A DNA stretch of 64,000 nt from the human T2T-CHM13v2.0 reference genome, Homo sapiens, in the NCBI RefSeq assembly GCF_009914755.1, contig NC_060933.1. One strand, 5' to 3'. Positions 29,371-42,599 of this stretch are shown here, piece after piece. Every line of letters begins with the position of its first letter. Position 1 is the stretch's first letter. A model generated the notes under the pieces. That model saw only the letters and a program-made list of their open reading frames with translations. It was not told the origin of the DNA and did not search any database. The position numbers were made by a program, and so were the translations under genes.

Positions 29371-30069
29371 GAGTGCTTACTTTCTGGCCTAAAAATGTAT
29401 AAAGCTGAAGTAATGGGCATGTTACGAAGGCTGAGCTTAATCCCTGGAGAGCTTGGATCAATAGGGCACAGCAGAATTCTAGGCTACTGGGGTTATCCAT
29501 CTCCTCTCCTGCAATGCTGTCCTGGCCCATGGAGAGGCGACCTCTGCTCCCTTCTGGGGGAAAAGCTGAAGAAGGTGCTTTCCTCTTCACATAACCTCCT
29601 AATTGGCTTCTCTCCATGGAGTAGGAGGGATGTGTTTGGCTGCTGGGATATTCAAAACCTGCCCAGCCATGCTAATCGTACATAACCAACCTGGCTCACC
29701 AGGGTGAGGTGCCTCCTCCAGTTATTACCGGCAAGCTCTCTGTCCTCACTCTGTCCTCACACTATAAGGCCGTAATAATCAGCCTGCCATTTGCTGTTGC
29801 CCCCACCTCTTATCTGCCTCATGAACTAGTGATTGTCCTAATGTTGGAAGAGGGCTCAGGTGTTTGGGAATTTGATCAAATATCTTTCCTTTGCATCAAA
29901 CAGAACAGCAGAGGCAGTGAGGAGAGGGGATTCAGTGTAGTGGTGCTGAGGAAAGGGAGGTCACTTTGGGGCTTTGGCACTCACAGATGAGGGAAGAGCA
30001 AGGACAGGTCCTCAAAATGGGCAGTTTTGTGACTATTATCAGGGAATGGAATGCAGAGTAAGAGCAGAT

Positions 30070-30410
30070 TTCATTTACTGAACAAATATTTGTTGAATCT
30101 TACTGGGTGCCCAGGCCTTGGGCATTCAGCATTGAACAAAACAGACATTGTCCCTGCTTGTGCAGGCCTCACATTCTAGTGAAAAGAGACAACAAACAAG
30201 TGAGTAGATGAATGGGATAATTTCAAAGAGGGGGAAGTGCTCTGAAGGAAAAACAAATTGTCACACTGATCAGTGAGGGGTAGGAGAGGGGTGACTTCAA
30301 CGTAGGTGGCCAGGGGAGCCCTTCCTAAAGAGGTGATATTTGAGTGATGAGGAGTCAGCCTTGTGAGCTGCTCGAGAAGAGTATTCTTGCAGAGAAAATT
30401 GAACCATGAC
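30070..30410 (-). mobile_element. L2 3' end
   Basis: catttactgaacaaatatttgttgaatcttactgggtgcccagg...gaggtgatatttgag. Confidence 0.85.
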
Positions 30411-30539
30411 CTGCCTCTCCCTTCCCCTCCCACTTCAGCCATGTGATCAATTTCCCAAGTGCCTCTTCCATCTTGAAGGGTGTGTCTACTCTTGTCTCTC
30501 CTAGTTGGCCTGATTCCACCAATGAAGAAAGCTCTGGCA

Positions 30540-31450
30540 TTAGCAGATGTCAGTAAAGACTATCAGGTACCTAGCTGAAGCAACAGCCCCTCTCTCCTGT
30601 GAATTTCTTAGTCCAATCAAAAAAGAAATGAGGTTGGCTTGGCATGGTGTGTTTTTAGTGAGCCCACGATTTCCTTTGCTAAGAACTCAAGCCATCTGTT
30701 TAATAATCTATTTTTGAAATCACACAGAGATTGATGTTATGCGCCTTGGGATTGAATCTTTGAAATTCGCCAGTCCCCTTCTTTTGGAAATCTGGACAAC
30801 ATTTGTAAGTTTGCAATCTTCTGGAACCACGCCTGCTTTCTATGATTCCTCCAGGATCGCTGACACTGGTTCTGTGACCACATCTGCAAGTTCTTTTAAT
30901 ACCCTGGGATCTTGATGTGCGGCACAGGAAACTTCAACTCATTCACTGCAGCCACTTCCTCTGTCTATCCTCATCTTTCTTTGGCAACAACCCTTTCCTA
31001 TGAATATGTTTGTTGTATGTGGTTTTCTGATTAGGAAAGTAATGCATGTTATAGAACATTGTGAAAGATAAAAGCAGAAAAAAAAATCACTCATGTTTCC
31101 AGTACTTAGTGATGATGACTTATAGCATTTTGGGATATGTCTCTTTAACTTTCCTTCCATCACTGTCCCCATACACATATATATGTACTCACACACAAAA
31201 ATTCACATACATGCACATACATGTTCAAGTGTGTATATTTTAAAAATTGGGATAGTAAGCATGATCCACATTGTAATATGATTTTTTTTCACTGAAAATA
31301 TATTGTCAGCATTAATCTTTACAGGTTGAAAATTGCTTTTTATGAAACAAATGATGCAAGGAAAATAGGATTGAAGAGCTCCTTTACCTCTTGGCCATAG
31401 AGCATTATATCCCTTGTCTCAAGTAGAAGTAATTCACCTATTCTGCACTT
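30540..31450 (-). mobile_element. L3/CR1 RT-region remnant, interrupted by L1ME
   Basis: aaaaagaaatgaggttggcttggcatg...gacaacatttg...cacatctgcaagttcttttaataccctgggat; resumes near 31320. Confidence 0.7.
31020..31315 (-). mobile_element. L1ME (L1ME4-like) 3' end
   Basis: ttttctgattaggaaagtaatgcatg...aaaaattgggatag...ttttttcactgaaaatatattgt. Confidence 0.7.
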
Positions 31451-32069
31451 TCTCACTTTCTGTGCTGACCATAACTAAGGAAGCTGTGGGTGGCCCCTTG
31501 TAGTAATACTGCCTTTTCTGGAGATTGAGCGAAGAAGAAAGAGTCCGTTTTCCTGTCTCTCCTGGGAATTTAAAAACTCATATTATCCTTGCAGTAGGAC
31601 TGTGACACTGTCTTGCCTTTGAGATTGTGTAACACTCGAGGCAGTACATTTGTTTAAGTAATTTACTCCAGGTAATTAGTTTCATGCCAGTTAGCAGAGC
31701 CTTCTTTCATGGGTCTCCTGGGAATATCTGAGAGAAGAGATCAGCATCCCTTCCAAAAACTTATGTTAAGACTTGCAATTTGCAGAAATTGGTATACATT
31801 GTACACATCCAACAATAAACAAGGAGATGTCTTACAGGTATTGGAGATTTGTCGGCCACCTCAGGCTGCAAAACCCAACCCACCCCTGATTCTGCTCCCT
31901 CAAAGAGATTCTGCTCTTTGAGGAATTGTTTCAGGTCTTCCTTGGGCTATTCTGAAAGGCTGACCCTCTAATAACCTTTCTCTGTATTATGTTCCTATGT
32001 TGCATCTCATTATACCCTTTTCCCAGTTTCCGTAAACACCAGGCATCAATCTGAGTTCATCAGAGTGGC

Positions 32070-32165
32070 CCTTTTGCAGCTTACATCTTGTAGGCTCCAG
32101 AAGGGTAAGGGCCATGTCTGCTGGTCATGCTAATTCTCAGGGCCTACCAGAATGCCTGGCATTAC
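32070..32165 (+). mobile_element. L2 3' fragment
   Basis: tgtaggctccagaagggtaagggccatgtctg...cagaatgcctggca. Confidence 0.7.
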
Positions 32166-32204
32166 AATATTAAACCTGCTTCATGCCAGGCATTCTGTTA
32201 ATAT

Positions 32205-33110
32205 TATTCACTAGCTTGACAAGTGCAACTTGATTACTTACAACATGCCAGGATATGTTTCAAAAACTGGGAGTATCCTAGTCAACAAAACAGACAAAAA
32301 TCCTTTTATGGAGCTTAAATTCTCATTAAGGAAGACAGATAATGAAAACTGATTATAATAGTTACATATTATGATAGTACATGGTAAGTGCTATTCAAAA
32401 AATAAAGCAAGGTAACCAGATTGAGATGATGGAAGCTGGTAATTATTAATTGGGTCATCACAGGTTGCCTCATTTCAAAAGCTGATATGTGAACAAAGAC
32501 TGGAAGGAAATGAAGGATTAGCTATGTGGCATCTGGGAGATATATACAAGCAGAGAGCATCTAGGCCAGAGGCCCTGGGGAGGATGGGAGCTTGTTTGGC
32601 AAATTCAGGGAACAGCAAAAAGACCAGCGAGCGTGCATAATTTAAAGGGAACATATTAGGAGATGAAATCATAGTGGTAACAATTAGAAGTATGAAATTG
32701 CCATCAGTTGAGATGGGGAGGACTGCAAGTGCAGTAAGTTATTGTGTATGTGTTGCGGGGAGGGGAGATAAAAAATACATATGGGGCATGTTAATTTTGA
32801 GATGACAATTAAATATCCAAGTACAGAGGGTGAGTAGGCAGTTGAATATGTCAGTCTGCAATTTGGAAGAATAGGGAGATTTCAGTAGATAGCTGGTTTT
32901 AAAGCCAAGAGACATGATTTCAAGTGATTATACAACAATAGAGAAGGGGAGGGACCAAGAGTGGGGTCATGTCATGGTATCCTCTACTGGTCGGAAACCT
33001 AGGAGAAGACAAGAAACCACCTGAGAAGGAGTGACCAGTAAGGATGGAGGAAAACCAGGACATTGTAGTACATGGAAGCCAAGGGGAAAAACGATTGAAC
33101 AAAGGCATTT
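32205..33110 (-). mobile_element. L2
   Basis: aacaaaacagacaaaaatcc...gagaaggagtgaccagtaaggatggaggaaaaccagga...tggaagccaagggg. Confidence 0.9.
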
Positions 33111-33819
33111 AGTGTATTCCTTTTGATAGATTTTTAAAAACTCATTTACTTTTCTTGTAGGTTATACCTTTCTCATTTCAGCTACTCCTTAATAATGGCT
33201 TTAACGTTCCTCTATTTCTGATTATTTTTCTTTCTGACATCCTGTATTACCATCATGGATCATTTGTAATATAGGTACTATCTATTCCAATAGCTACTCC
33301 TGCACCTCATTCTATTTGTGCTAACATTATCTGGCTTATAGGGAAGTGAAACAAAGTATGAGCATAAAAACCAGACTACCTGAGGCACCGACACAGGGCA
33401 CAGTGATAACTATGAACATTAAAAGAAACCTGGAAGCATTATATCTGGTATCATTTTATCCAAGTCTCTTAATGTGATATTAACCTTCATGTATCAGATC
33501 AATTGCTCACTCTCAGGAACTGAAGAGTGTACATCAGAACAAAACCATCAATCAATTTAAGATTTTTATATTGATGAATATCAGTCAAAATAAGAAATAG
33601 CACTTTCTATGTAATTCACTATAGTACGTATAATTAGATTTAATATAAAATTCTAGAGCAGTAATTCAACTCAAAAGACTCATTTAAGCAAGTTTATTGT
33701 ATAGATTGTTATGGCCAATGGGATAACTCACAGAAATAAAAGATGTAATCTGTACCTGTGTTATTGGTAATGGCTAAGCTGCCAATAACTTGAGACTGTC
33801 AAGATAACAATATGAGAAT

Positions 33820-34035
33820 AACAATTACTTAAGTAATATACTAATGATAGTTTAAAATCCTTTTGTCTTATTTGAAATTTACAATGACCCTGTGAGGTAC
33901 AACCAGTCATTTGATAAAGGAGAAAATGGTTCCAAATAGATTAAGTGATTGATCAAGCTCACATAACTTGTTATTAGCTATTACGACCAGAACTCAGATC
34001 TCCAGATGAGCATTTTAATTTCTTTCCCATAAACT
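33820..34035 (-). mobile_element. MIR
   Basis: gaccctgtgaggta...attaagtgattgatcaagctcacataac. Confidence 0.7.
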
Positions 34036-34671
34036 ATATGAACTCAATAAATACTTGTTAAATATACAGTGAAAGAATGCAATAGGAATAAATTCTAACA
34101 AAACTTAGCCGTACTTTTCAGTTGGAAGCTGAGGGATTGGGCTCAATGGAATCGTTTTAGCTGATTTTATAATACCATGATCCTATGTGGTAACTGCTGA
34201 CAGAAACTGGGGTAGATCAACTCTTTGATAACATGGGAAAGTGCTCCCTATCTTAGATTATGATTGCTATTAGTTTCAGATTAAAATGTGGGGTATTTAC
34301 ACAAGACAACTTAGTGCAACCATATTTGAGTGGTTCTTAATGACACATTTATGACCACTTGGTGGCTGAGTCATGAGGAAAAATTACTCAGTGTTGCAGC
34401 AGATGTCATTGTTCATATTCCCACTTGAGGTGATGAGTCATAAATTGGGTTGGAATTTAAGATTAAGGCAGAGCATATGGGTGAGACCTCACACAGCTCA
34501 TAAATTCACTGTCCAGAGAGGCAAAAGTATGCCAAAGAGAATACTTAATGAACCTGTTATATAATTGAACTTAGTGGGTTCAACACATATAGCATAAGCA
34601 ATGACCTTCCAATCCTCTTCCTTAAAACTATACAGGGTTTTACTTGATTTTTGAGATAGGGAGAGGAGAAC

Positions 34672-34745
34672 AGATATATCTATATATCTATATCTATATC
34701 TATCTATATGTATATATATCTATATCTATCTATCTATCTATCTAT
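34672..34745. repeat. (TA)n/(TATC)n microsatellite
   Basis: Read directly from the sequence. Confidence 0.95.
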
Positions 34746-36999
34746 TCTTTGGCATTTTGATGTGGAAATTTAAAATTAAAAAATCAGCTGTAACATACTT
34801 AATATTATTGTTTTTAGAGATGTAGCCTACACAATGTTTTGGACTATTTTGGGGTATAAATTTTGTCAAAAACAGAGTAGTTGTGGCATATAGAATTTGC
34901 ATAAATAAGTTGAGAAATTCCTTGGATGACATTGTACAGCATAACAATTATACACCTGTTGGAGGGCCTAGAAGCATGAGTGTGCTCAAGCTACAATTGA
35001 AGGTCCATGCATATATAGGGATGTGGTAAGCATTTCATGGGCTGCTTACAATGGGGCTGGGTTAGGGTGGGGAGAAGAAATCAGATTTCATGGTGGGGCT
35101 CAGACTGTTGGAAAAATCCCATTAACATGTGTGAAGCGTTTACTGAATTCAAACAAACAATTATCCAAGCTTATATAGATATTGTGAAGTGCTATGGAAG
35201 AAGCAGGTTGAAACTATGGGTGATGGGGGAGGAAGAATACCTTTAATCCCATCACATCACCTATAAATTTCCCTCTTAAAGAGCCTGGTTAAGAAACAGC
35301 AGACCTCTGGGAGGCCTGAAACTAGCACAACAAAAAGAAATTTTATACAATATCACTGTTGGCCACGCTTTGCATAATGACCAACTCCAAAGAGTATATC
35401 ATAAGCTAGCCCAACCCCTCCTATCCAGGCCTTTTAAAACAGCATAACGCAAGCACATACATTCAATAAGATAATGTATTTTATAATACATTTAATTTAA
35501 TTAAATAATACTATCCTGCCATAGCACCTTACTAGAACCCAGAAAACAGAACATGCTAGTGTCACTCTTCACTCCTAACATAGATTTAAAGAAGGTGGTG
35601 ATAGTGACCATTTGTGGTCGCTACGACACGTCCCTTGAAGGGTCTTACTCTTTCTCTCCAACGAGGTTATAAAAGCGCCCAAGCACACACAGTACTTTTC
35701 CCGAGAGGTGCTCTGATAAATCTACATTTTTCTATCTAGTGCACTATTTAGCCAGTGATGATTTAGTGCACCTTATAGTAACAAGGCAATTTCCCAGTTG
35801 ACCTGCTTCTTAAAAGTGCTTTTTCTACAAGTTCTCTTATATGCATACTTAAAAATTGCAGTTTTCAAATTCACTTTACGCTTTCTCATTAACTCCACAG
35901 ATATTTGAGGACTGTCTGCAATTTAAATGTGCACAGAATGAGACTCAGAAAGGTGGAGACTCCCAGGTATGATGGGAAGGAGAGAAATGGAAAGTAGGCT
36001 GTGATCCTCTTTACCACTAGGGGGTCCTCTTGCACACCCGGTGAAATGCTTTGTTTAATTTGCAAACATTCTACTGGTTCAGAGACCAGTAGAAATGGAC
36101 GAGTGAGGGTTTGAGGCAGCAAGGAGTGAGGCGTGGATGTATTTTGGGGCCCCTTGAATGCTGCAGACAGCAGAAACAAACAAACAAAAAACCTAATAAG
36201 AGGATAAAGCTTTTTAGGGTATTTTCCTTATCAGGGTATTCTCTTGGATAACATGCCTTGAAGGCAGCAGAAGGAGCCTATGCTTTGTGCTTCAGCTTGG
36301 TGTGGACACAGAGCATGGGGAAACACTGGAAGGAACACAGGAAGAAAAGCAGGCGGGGGGTTGGGGTCATATTTAGCTTTGGGCACTCTAGGCGTGAGGA
36401 GCATATGGGACACCAGGTAGAGATATCCCATCCATAGGGATCTGAGGCTCGAGGGAGCTGGCCTGCAGTAGATGTATTCATTCAGGGGTCATTGGCCTTG
36501 AGGTAGAAGTTGAAGTGGTGAGAGTGGAAGAGCTTTCTAGGGAAAGATAGGTAGAAGGAGAAAGATAACAGAACTAGAACAGACCTCATGGGAACCTTGT
36601 ACAGTCCAGGCTAGGCAGAGGAAGGGGAGGAAGCAGAAAAGACTGAGAGGAAGAGGCGAGTGGCTCAGGAGGCCACCTGACTCTCGGTGGACCAAGAGGT
36701 CTGAATTCCACAAAGTAGGTTGCTTAGGGATGTTAAAGTGCTTTATGGAAGTCAAAGGGCAAAGGGATTTAAGTAGTGGCTATTGGATCTGTCAATCAGG
36801 AAGTTATAGAAAACCAACTGATACCTTACAGTCTGCTTCTTGTGTCCAGAAATGGCACAAAAATGTATCAGACTGTGTGTCTCAGTTTTCTAACACAAAG
36901 CCCCCAGCACACACGTTCGAGATAGAATTGTTGCTCCTCTGTGCCCCCGTCCCTGCCCCCCGCCATGCCTGAGCTGCCCTTTCTCTCTTCTCTCTAACC

Positions 37000-37250
37000 A
37001 TTTTATTTTTACTCCTTTCTCAAGGTGTGACTCTCTCCTCCCTCCTTCTCCGACCAGCCTCCTGGCACTTGCTACTAAGACACTTGTTGTCTCTTAGCCT
37101 TTGTGTGCTCATTACCTCAATTAAAGGCCCATGCTGGTCATCATCTATTTGAGGACAGGAGCAAGGTTTTCTTTCTTATTCTGCTTGCCCCAGCTTTCAG
37201 CATGGGGCCTGAAATACAGGGAAGACTCAGAAATTATTTGAACGATTGTT
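37000..37250 (+). mobile_element. L2 3' end
   Basis: ttgaggacaggagc...ggcctgaaatacagggaagactcagaaattatttgaa. Confidence 0.65.
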
Positions 37251-37289
37251 AAATATTTGCTGCTTACATTAGCACAATTAATATAATCT

Positions 37290-37480
37290 TGGATTATTAG
37301 AATTTGAGGGGCCCTTGACATCATAAGAGACAACACATTCATTTTATTTCAGTTTCCAAGAGAAAAATAGAAACTCTGAGTTTAGTAACAAGACTTCACA
37401 GCTTGAAAGTGAAGTAGTGTGAATTTGAATCCAGGCCTGTTTAATTTCAGAGCTCATGTTCTTGCTGCTACTCAATGCCG
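37290..37480 (-). mobile_element. MIR
   Basis: tttgaggggcccttgacatcat...gaatttgaatccaggcctg. Confidence 0.65.
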
Positions 37481-38179
37481 TTGTCTCACCAGCAGCCCAT
37501 TATTTGTGCATTTACCAACTAAAATAAAACGTGCATTTAATGAAGTTCAAAGTTCAATTTGGTAGGGTGCACGTCTTTCTACCAAGGTCACCTCATGCAT
37601 TCTCATGCATTCTTTCTCTTGGTTGCATTTCTGCCATTTCCTTTGCAAATTAGAGTGGCACCAGGGAGATAAATGTCAGGCTTCTGTGGCAGGCTGGGAG
37701 GTCAGCAACTTGGTGTCTGCAATTCACACAAACCACAATAATGGGAATGGAAAGCGCAGATGTTTGTCTAACAATTATTATACTGAGCGGGAGTACAAGC
37801 AGCCTCATCTTTGCAAGAACAGTGTGTGTCTGTAGATCTTTCCAAAGGGGGAGTAGATTTTTCCCCTAAAGTTTTTCAGATCAGGAAATAAAAGTGGGCT
37901 TCCCAGAATCAGCAAGGGAAAATCTCCTGTCTTTAATTAGCAGGCACTTTGGTGTGAAGAGACAGTCTTCTTGGACTGGAGTGGGAGTGGATGGACAATA
38001 ATTTCTGGACAATGTAAATGTTAAGAAATGAGGCATTTGGACACTACCTAGAATCATGTTGTCCTCAGATGACCCACCTAAATCATAGGAAACCCTGGAG
38101 CTGGTGCTCAGTGGGGCCTAACAGCTGACAGCTGGGCAGTAACTCAGGTCAACTGACGGGGACAAGAAGGTACAAACTC

Positions 38180-38460
38180 CTACTCATCCCTCAGGACCCC
38201 ATGTAAGCCTTTTTTTCCTCTGTGAAGCCTCCCCAATAACCCCAGGGGCAGAGTGAATTATCCTGAAAAGCACAGATGGCCTTCCACTGTGTTATGCCTT
38301 GCACCATATTGTATTTATCCATGATTAAGTATCTCTCCTCCCTAGGACCGTGAACTTTCCAAGGTAGGGCTGACTCTTATTCAACTAGGCCTACCCAGTG
38401 CCAGCTACTGTCCTTGGAACACCAGAGGAGTTCAGTAAATGTGTCAAATAAATGAATGAC
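38180..38460 (+). mobile_element. L2 3' end
   Basis: ctctgtgaagcctcccc...ttcagtaaatgtgtcaaataaatgaatga. Confidence 0.8.
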
Positions 38461-38569
38461 AAATCTTGAGGTGCTGAGAGCTGACGTTTGAATGAACTGT
38501 GGCACGTATTTTTATGAGCTGTAAAAAATGGGAAACACTTGTGACACTAAGCTTCCCTTTATTTATCCA

Positions 38570-38740
38570 ACTCAGCATTGCTCACAAAGCATGTTTACCT
38601 ACATTAGTTCATTTAATCCTCCCATAAATCTTGTGTGGTTGGGAGGGACAACACTTTCCTTATTATATTGATCATAGAACTGAAGCTCAGAGAGTTGACA
38701 CAATTCATCCAAGGTCACACAGCTAGCAAATTACACAGGG
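38570..38740 (-). mobile_element. MIR
   Basis: catttaatcctc...aactgaagctcagagag...ccaaggtcacacagctag. Confidence 0.85.
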
Positions 38741-38784
38741 AAAAGGAGGCAGAGGGGTGTAACATGAAAAACAGTGATTTATTC

Positions 38785-38900
38785 CCTCCTTTTGGCCTTC
38801 TTCCCTTCATGCCTCTTCTCCTTCCCTCCCTATCTCCCTCCCTTTCCCCCTCCTTCCTTCCTCCTTTCCTTCTTCTCTCCCTCCCTTTGTTCTTTCCTTC
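38785..38900. repeat. Polypyrimidine (CCTT/CCCT)n tract
   Basis: Read directly from the sequence. Confidence 0.9.
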
Positions 38901-38914
38901 CGTGGATCAATCCT

Positions 38915-39400
38915 ATAATTGAATCTTGGCCCAGTTTTCTTTATCTGCATAAAACTGAGAGTAATCTTTTCCTTTCTGACCTCACTTTCCTTATCTGTGA
39001 AGTGGGGATAAGGATAAGCAGCCTTTCATTGGAGGCAATGTAATTATAATAGATAATAAGTAACATGTATGGGTTACCATTTGCTTTGCAGCCTTTTTTT
39101 TTTTTTTTTAACTTTCAGAACAGTTTTGCATTTACAGTAAAAACTGTGAAGATAGTACAGGGAATTCTCTTATACCCCACACCCTTCTGGCACTATTTTT
39201 GAGTGTTTCACATATATTTTATTCACTTAAAGCCCATAATAACCCTGTGAAATATCAGCCTCATTTTATAGACAAAGTCATTCAACTGAGAGGTAAAGTG
39301 ATGTTGCACCAACTGCTAAATGGCATTGGAGAGGCCAAGACACAAACAGGCTTGGAAGTCTGACTCCAGGTCTATGCTCTTAACTGCTGTGCTCTCCTGC
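38915..39400. mobile_element. MIR(+) 38915-39050 followed by MIR(-) 39050-39400, the latter containing a ~90-bp L1MC 3' fragment (39095-39185, -)
   Basis: ctcactttccttatctgtgaagtgggg; T17 then cagaacagttttgcatttacag...tataccccacaccc; cattttatagac...gtctgactccagg. Confidence 0.75.
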
Positions 39401-40606
39401 TCCCTGGGAGGTGAGAGCATAGGCCCGGGCCTAGCCATGCTGGGTGTGTCATTAGACTTAGGACCCCAGTCTTTAAAAATATAGTCTAATCTCCTCCTAC
39501 CACACCCATGGTGTTGTTGACAAAACTGATGGAATCACCTTTTGTCATTCCTACCTACCATTTAGTTTTCAACATTTAAAGTTGCCTTTGTATTTATTTA
39601 AAATTGACTTTTCTCAAATGGAAATTTTAGGAACAATAGAACTCATCATAGATGTTTTTGGCATCTCCCTAGGGACATATAACCCATAAATCACCCAGTT
39701 TTCTAGTTTTCCTTAAGAATCTGTAATGTACATTGAACCCTGAGTGCAGCATGCTGAAACGGAGTCTTTTTGGAATGTAGTGAAGTCAGGGCTATTGAGA
39801 CATGTGTTTACGTATATGTACCTTCTCTCTTCCAGTAAAGGATGACAGAGGGCACAGAAGCCACCAGCAGATTCTTTGGAAGGAAGTAACAGGAGTGGAA
39901 CTTCATTTTCCCATGGATTGTAAAGGGTGAGAGAAAAGCCATATAAACGCCTAGCCTTCCTAAAATGCCCTTTAAGCTTGTAGTGAATGATAGGCATTCC
40001 TGGCAGCAAAAACTTATTTTCAAGAGGGTCTTTCAGGTTTGAGAAATGAGGTAGTGGCTATGATATTTCAGGAAAAGGGAAAGGAGCATTTTTTGATGTT
40101 TTGGGGAATATTTTGATGTCAATCATTTTTAACTGATATAAGAAATTCCAAGGGGAAAGCTGAACTATTTTCAAATGACTGTTGTCTTTTGAACTATGCT
40201 TTTTGAACAGCCTGCTACTCAGAAACACAATGTGTGGGATATACTTATATTTCCATTATACAGAACTTTTATTGCAATGGTCAGATTAAATAGACACATC
40301 CTACACAGTTTTATTATAGTAACTGGAAAGATTGTTTAACTGGGACTTTGGAATAGCAACAAAAATTGTGTAGAGAAAAACTTACCTCACTCTGCAATAA
40401 AAACTATATACACTTTGGAGTTGATTTAGTATAAGCATATAATCCTGTTTTGAAAAATATACAGGGTGGTCCTGCTATTGATTTCCAGATTCTTCTCACC
40501 CAATGATAGATGAGAACCTGTTTTACTCTGGTTTAGTCCAAAATCTTCTGCTGGCTTTTTGTTAATTCTCATGACTAGTTGTCTTGTGTTCCATCTTGTC
40601 CCTACT

Positions 40607-40979
40607 TGCTGTGGTTAAATTTTGTATTATCCTAAAATGTGTATGTTGAAGTCCTAAGCCTTGATGTGATGGTACTTGGAGGTGGGGTCTTTGGGAAGTA
40701 GCTAGGTTTACATGAGGTCATGAGGATGGGTGCCCTGTTTTGGGATTACTGTCCTCATGAGAAGAGGAAGAGAACAGAGATGGTTTTCTCTCCCCTATGT
40801 GAGAATACAGTGAGAAAGCAGCCATCTTCAATCCAGGAAGAGGCCTTTACCAGAAACCAAACTTGCTAGTACCTTGATCTTGAGCTTCCTGGCGTCCAGA
40901 ACTGTGAGAAATAAGTGACTGTTGTTTAAGCCACCCAGGCTGTGGTATTTTGTTACAGCAGCTTGAGCATGCTAAGACA
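40607..40979 (+). mobile_element. MLT1A-type solo LTR
   Basis: TGCTGTGG start; ccagaactgtgagaaataa...tttaagccacccag...gctaagACA end. Confidence 0.93.
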
Positions 40980-42599
40980 CAAGTTAAACTGGTCTATGCC
41001 AGGAGTGACAGCTTCTTGAATCAGGCGTCTTACTTTCAGTGTCTCCTTTTGACATCCCAAAGTTCATCTTCAGTAAAGTATTTAATAAGGTCTCACGAAA
41101 AATTGTCCCTGCAAATTTCGATTTTGCTTTCTTCCAGTATGACTGCAAACTAACAACTGTACCTGCAGCAGCCTTTGTTCCACACAGTTTCCTTCTCTGC
41201 ATTTTGCTCTAGCTGCTCTGAAGGGAGGGGGTGATGTTGTTTAATAAGGAGCAATTACTTCTCCAATGGACTCGGCAGTAAAACTGGCTTTTACAGCTGG
41301 ACAGAAATATGTAAGCCATGAAGTTTCCTATGTAACACCATTAAGTACTCCGGAAACAGCATGACTTGGTGGAGTGCCACAAATTAACCACTTCATATCC
41401 AATAACCTATGGTCTATAAGCATTATTACTTAAACAATTAGAAATATTAGGGGAGAAAGATATTTCACCACTTCTGTCCTAAGTATTGAATTGAGCCTTT
41501 TCCTGATACCTCGAGAAAATGTGCTAAATCATAGAGCAGAGGGAAGTATGTGATAAGTACCTTCATTCTTAAAGAGAATGCCAAGGATCTCCTATATATT
41601 TGCTCAAGGCTCCCTTACCACCCAATGCCCCATATCTCAGACTATTTCAAGTGAGGAATAAAATGGGAAGAGGGCTCATGGAGGTAGAGAGCTTTAACTT
41701 GTCTAGTAGATACAACTAATTACTTTTTTTCTGGTTGGAGATGGTAAAGGAATGCTGTGTCCTAGGCCCAAACCAGGTCCAAGTGTGGGTGGTTCAAGAG
41801 AATCACTCATCATTGACATCGTAGATGACAATGTAAAAAGCCTGCAGGAAGGGGAGAGAGCATCTCAATTTCAGGCTGTTTACTGAGGAGGCAAAAGTTG
41901 TAGGCCCACTCATGGCACCAGAGCAAAGCATGGTGAGAGAGATACTAGGAGAACTTGTGTCACCTGCATGTACACAAAACATGCCTCTTTCCACAGAATT
42001 GTAAAGGCAGCAGTTTGGCTAGAAGAGCTAGTGATGGGAGGGCAAGGGAGAGTCAAAGTAGAGCATTGCATCCTCTTATTGGTTGATACGGCCAAGATGT
42101 GGAGCTTCCTAGGGCCAAAGTGGGTGCTGCAGAATGTGACCAACTCTAGCTGTCTTGTTGAAATCCAAACCAAGAGCACAACTTCTAGAGCAAGGGGACT
42201 TCAGTAAAAGAGACTGTAGAGTGACCCTCTGGGGCAGGAGCTGGGAGTGAGGAGTATGTTGAGGTCAGCAGAAGAGCACCTCATCTATGTCAGGGAACAG
42301 TAGTGCAGGTACCTAATGGATCTCTGAAGCACCCCAGAGCTTTGTGTCATGACAAGGCCAATGTTTAAACATGCACTACACATTTGCTGTTTTCCATTTC
42401 CTCTCCTTTCATCCTGAGGAACCCATTACAGAATGGGAAGAATCAAGGAGAAAAGGAAGGAGTGCACCTCATCTCCTTTCAGTGTAGGCACCTGAGCATA
42501 GGTCAAGCCTGAGTTGGAGGAAGGAGGGAGGGTAAATTTTATGTGAAATCAGAAGATCATTTTTTAATATCTGGGAGTCAATTTTAATGAAACAGGATA

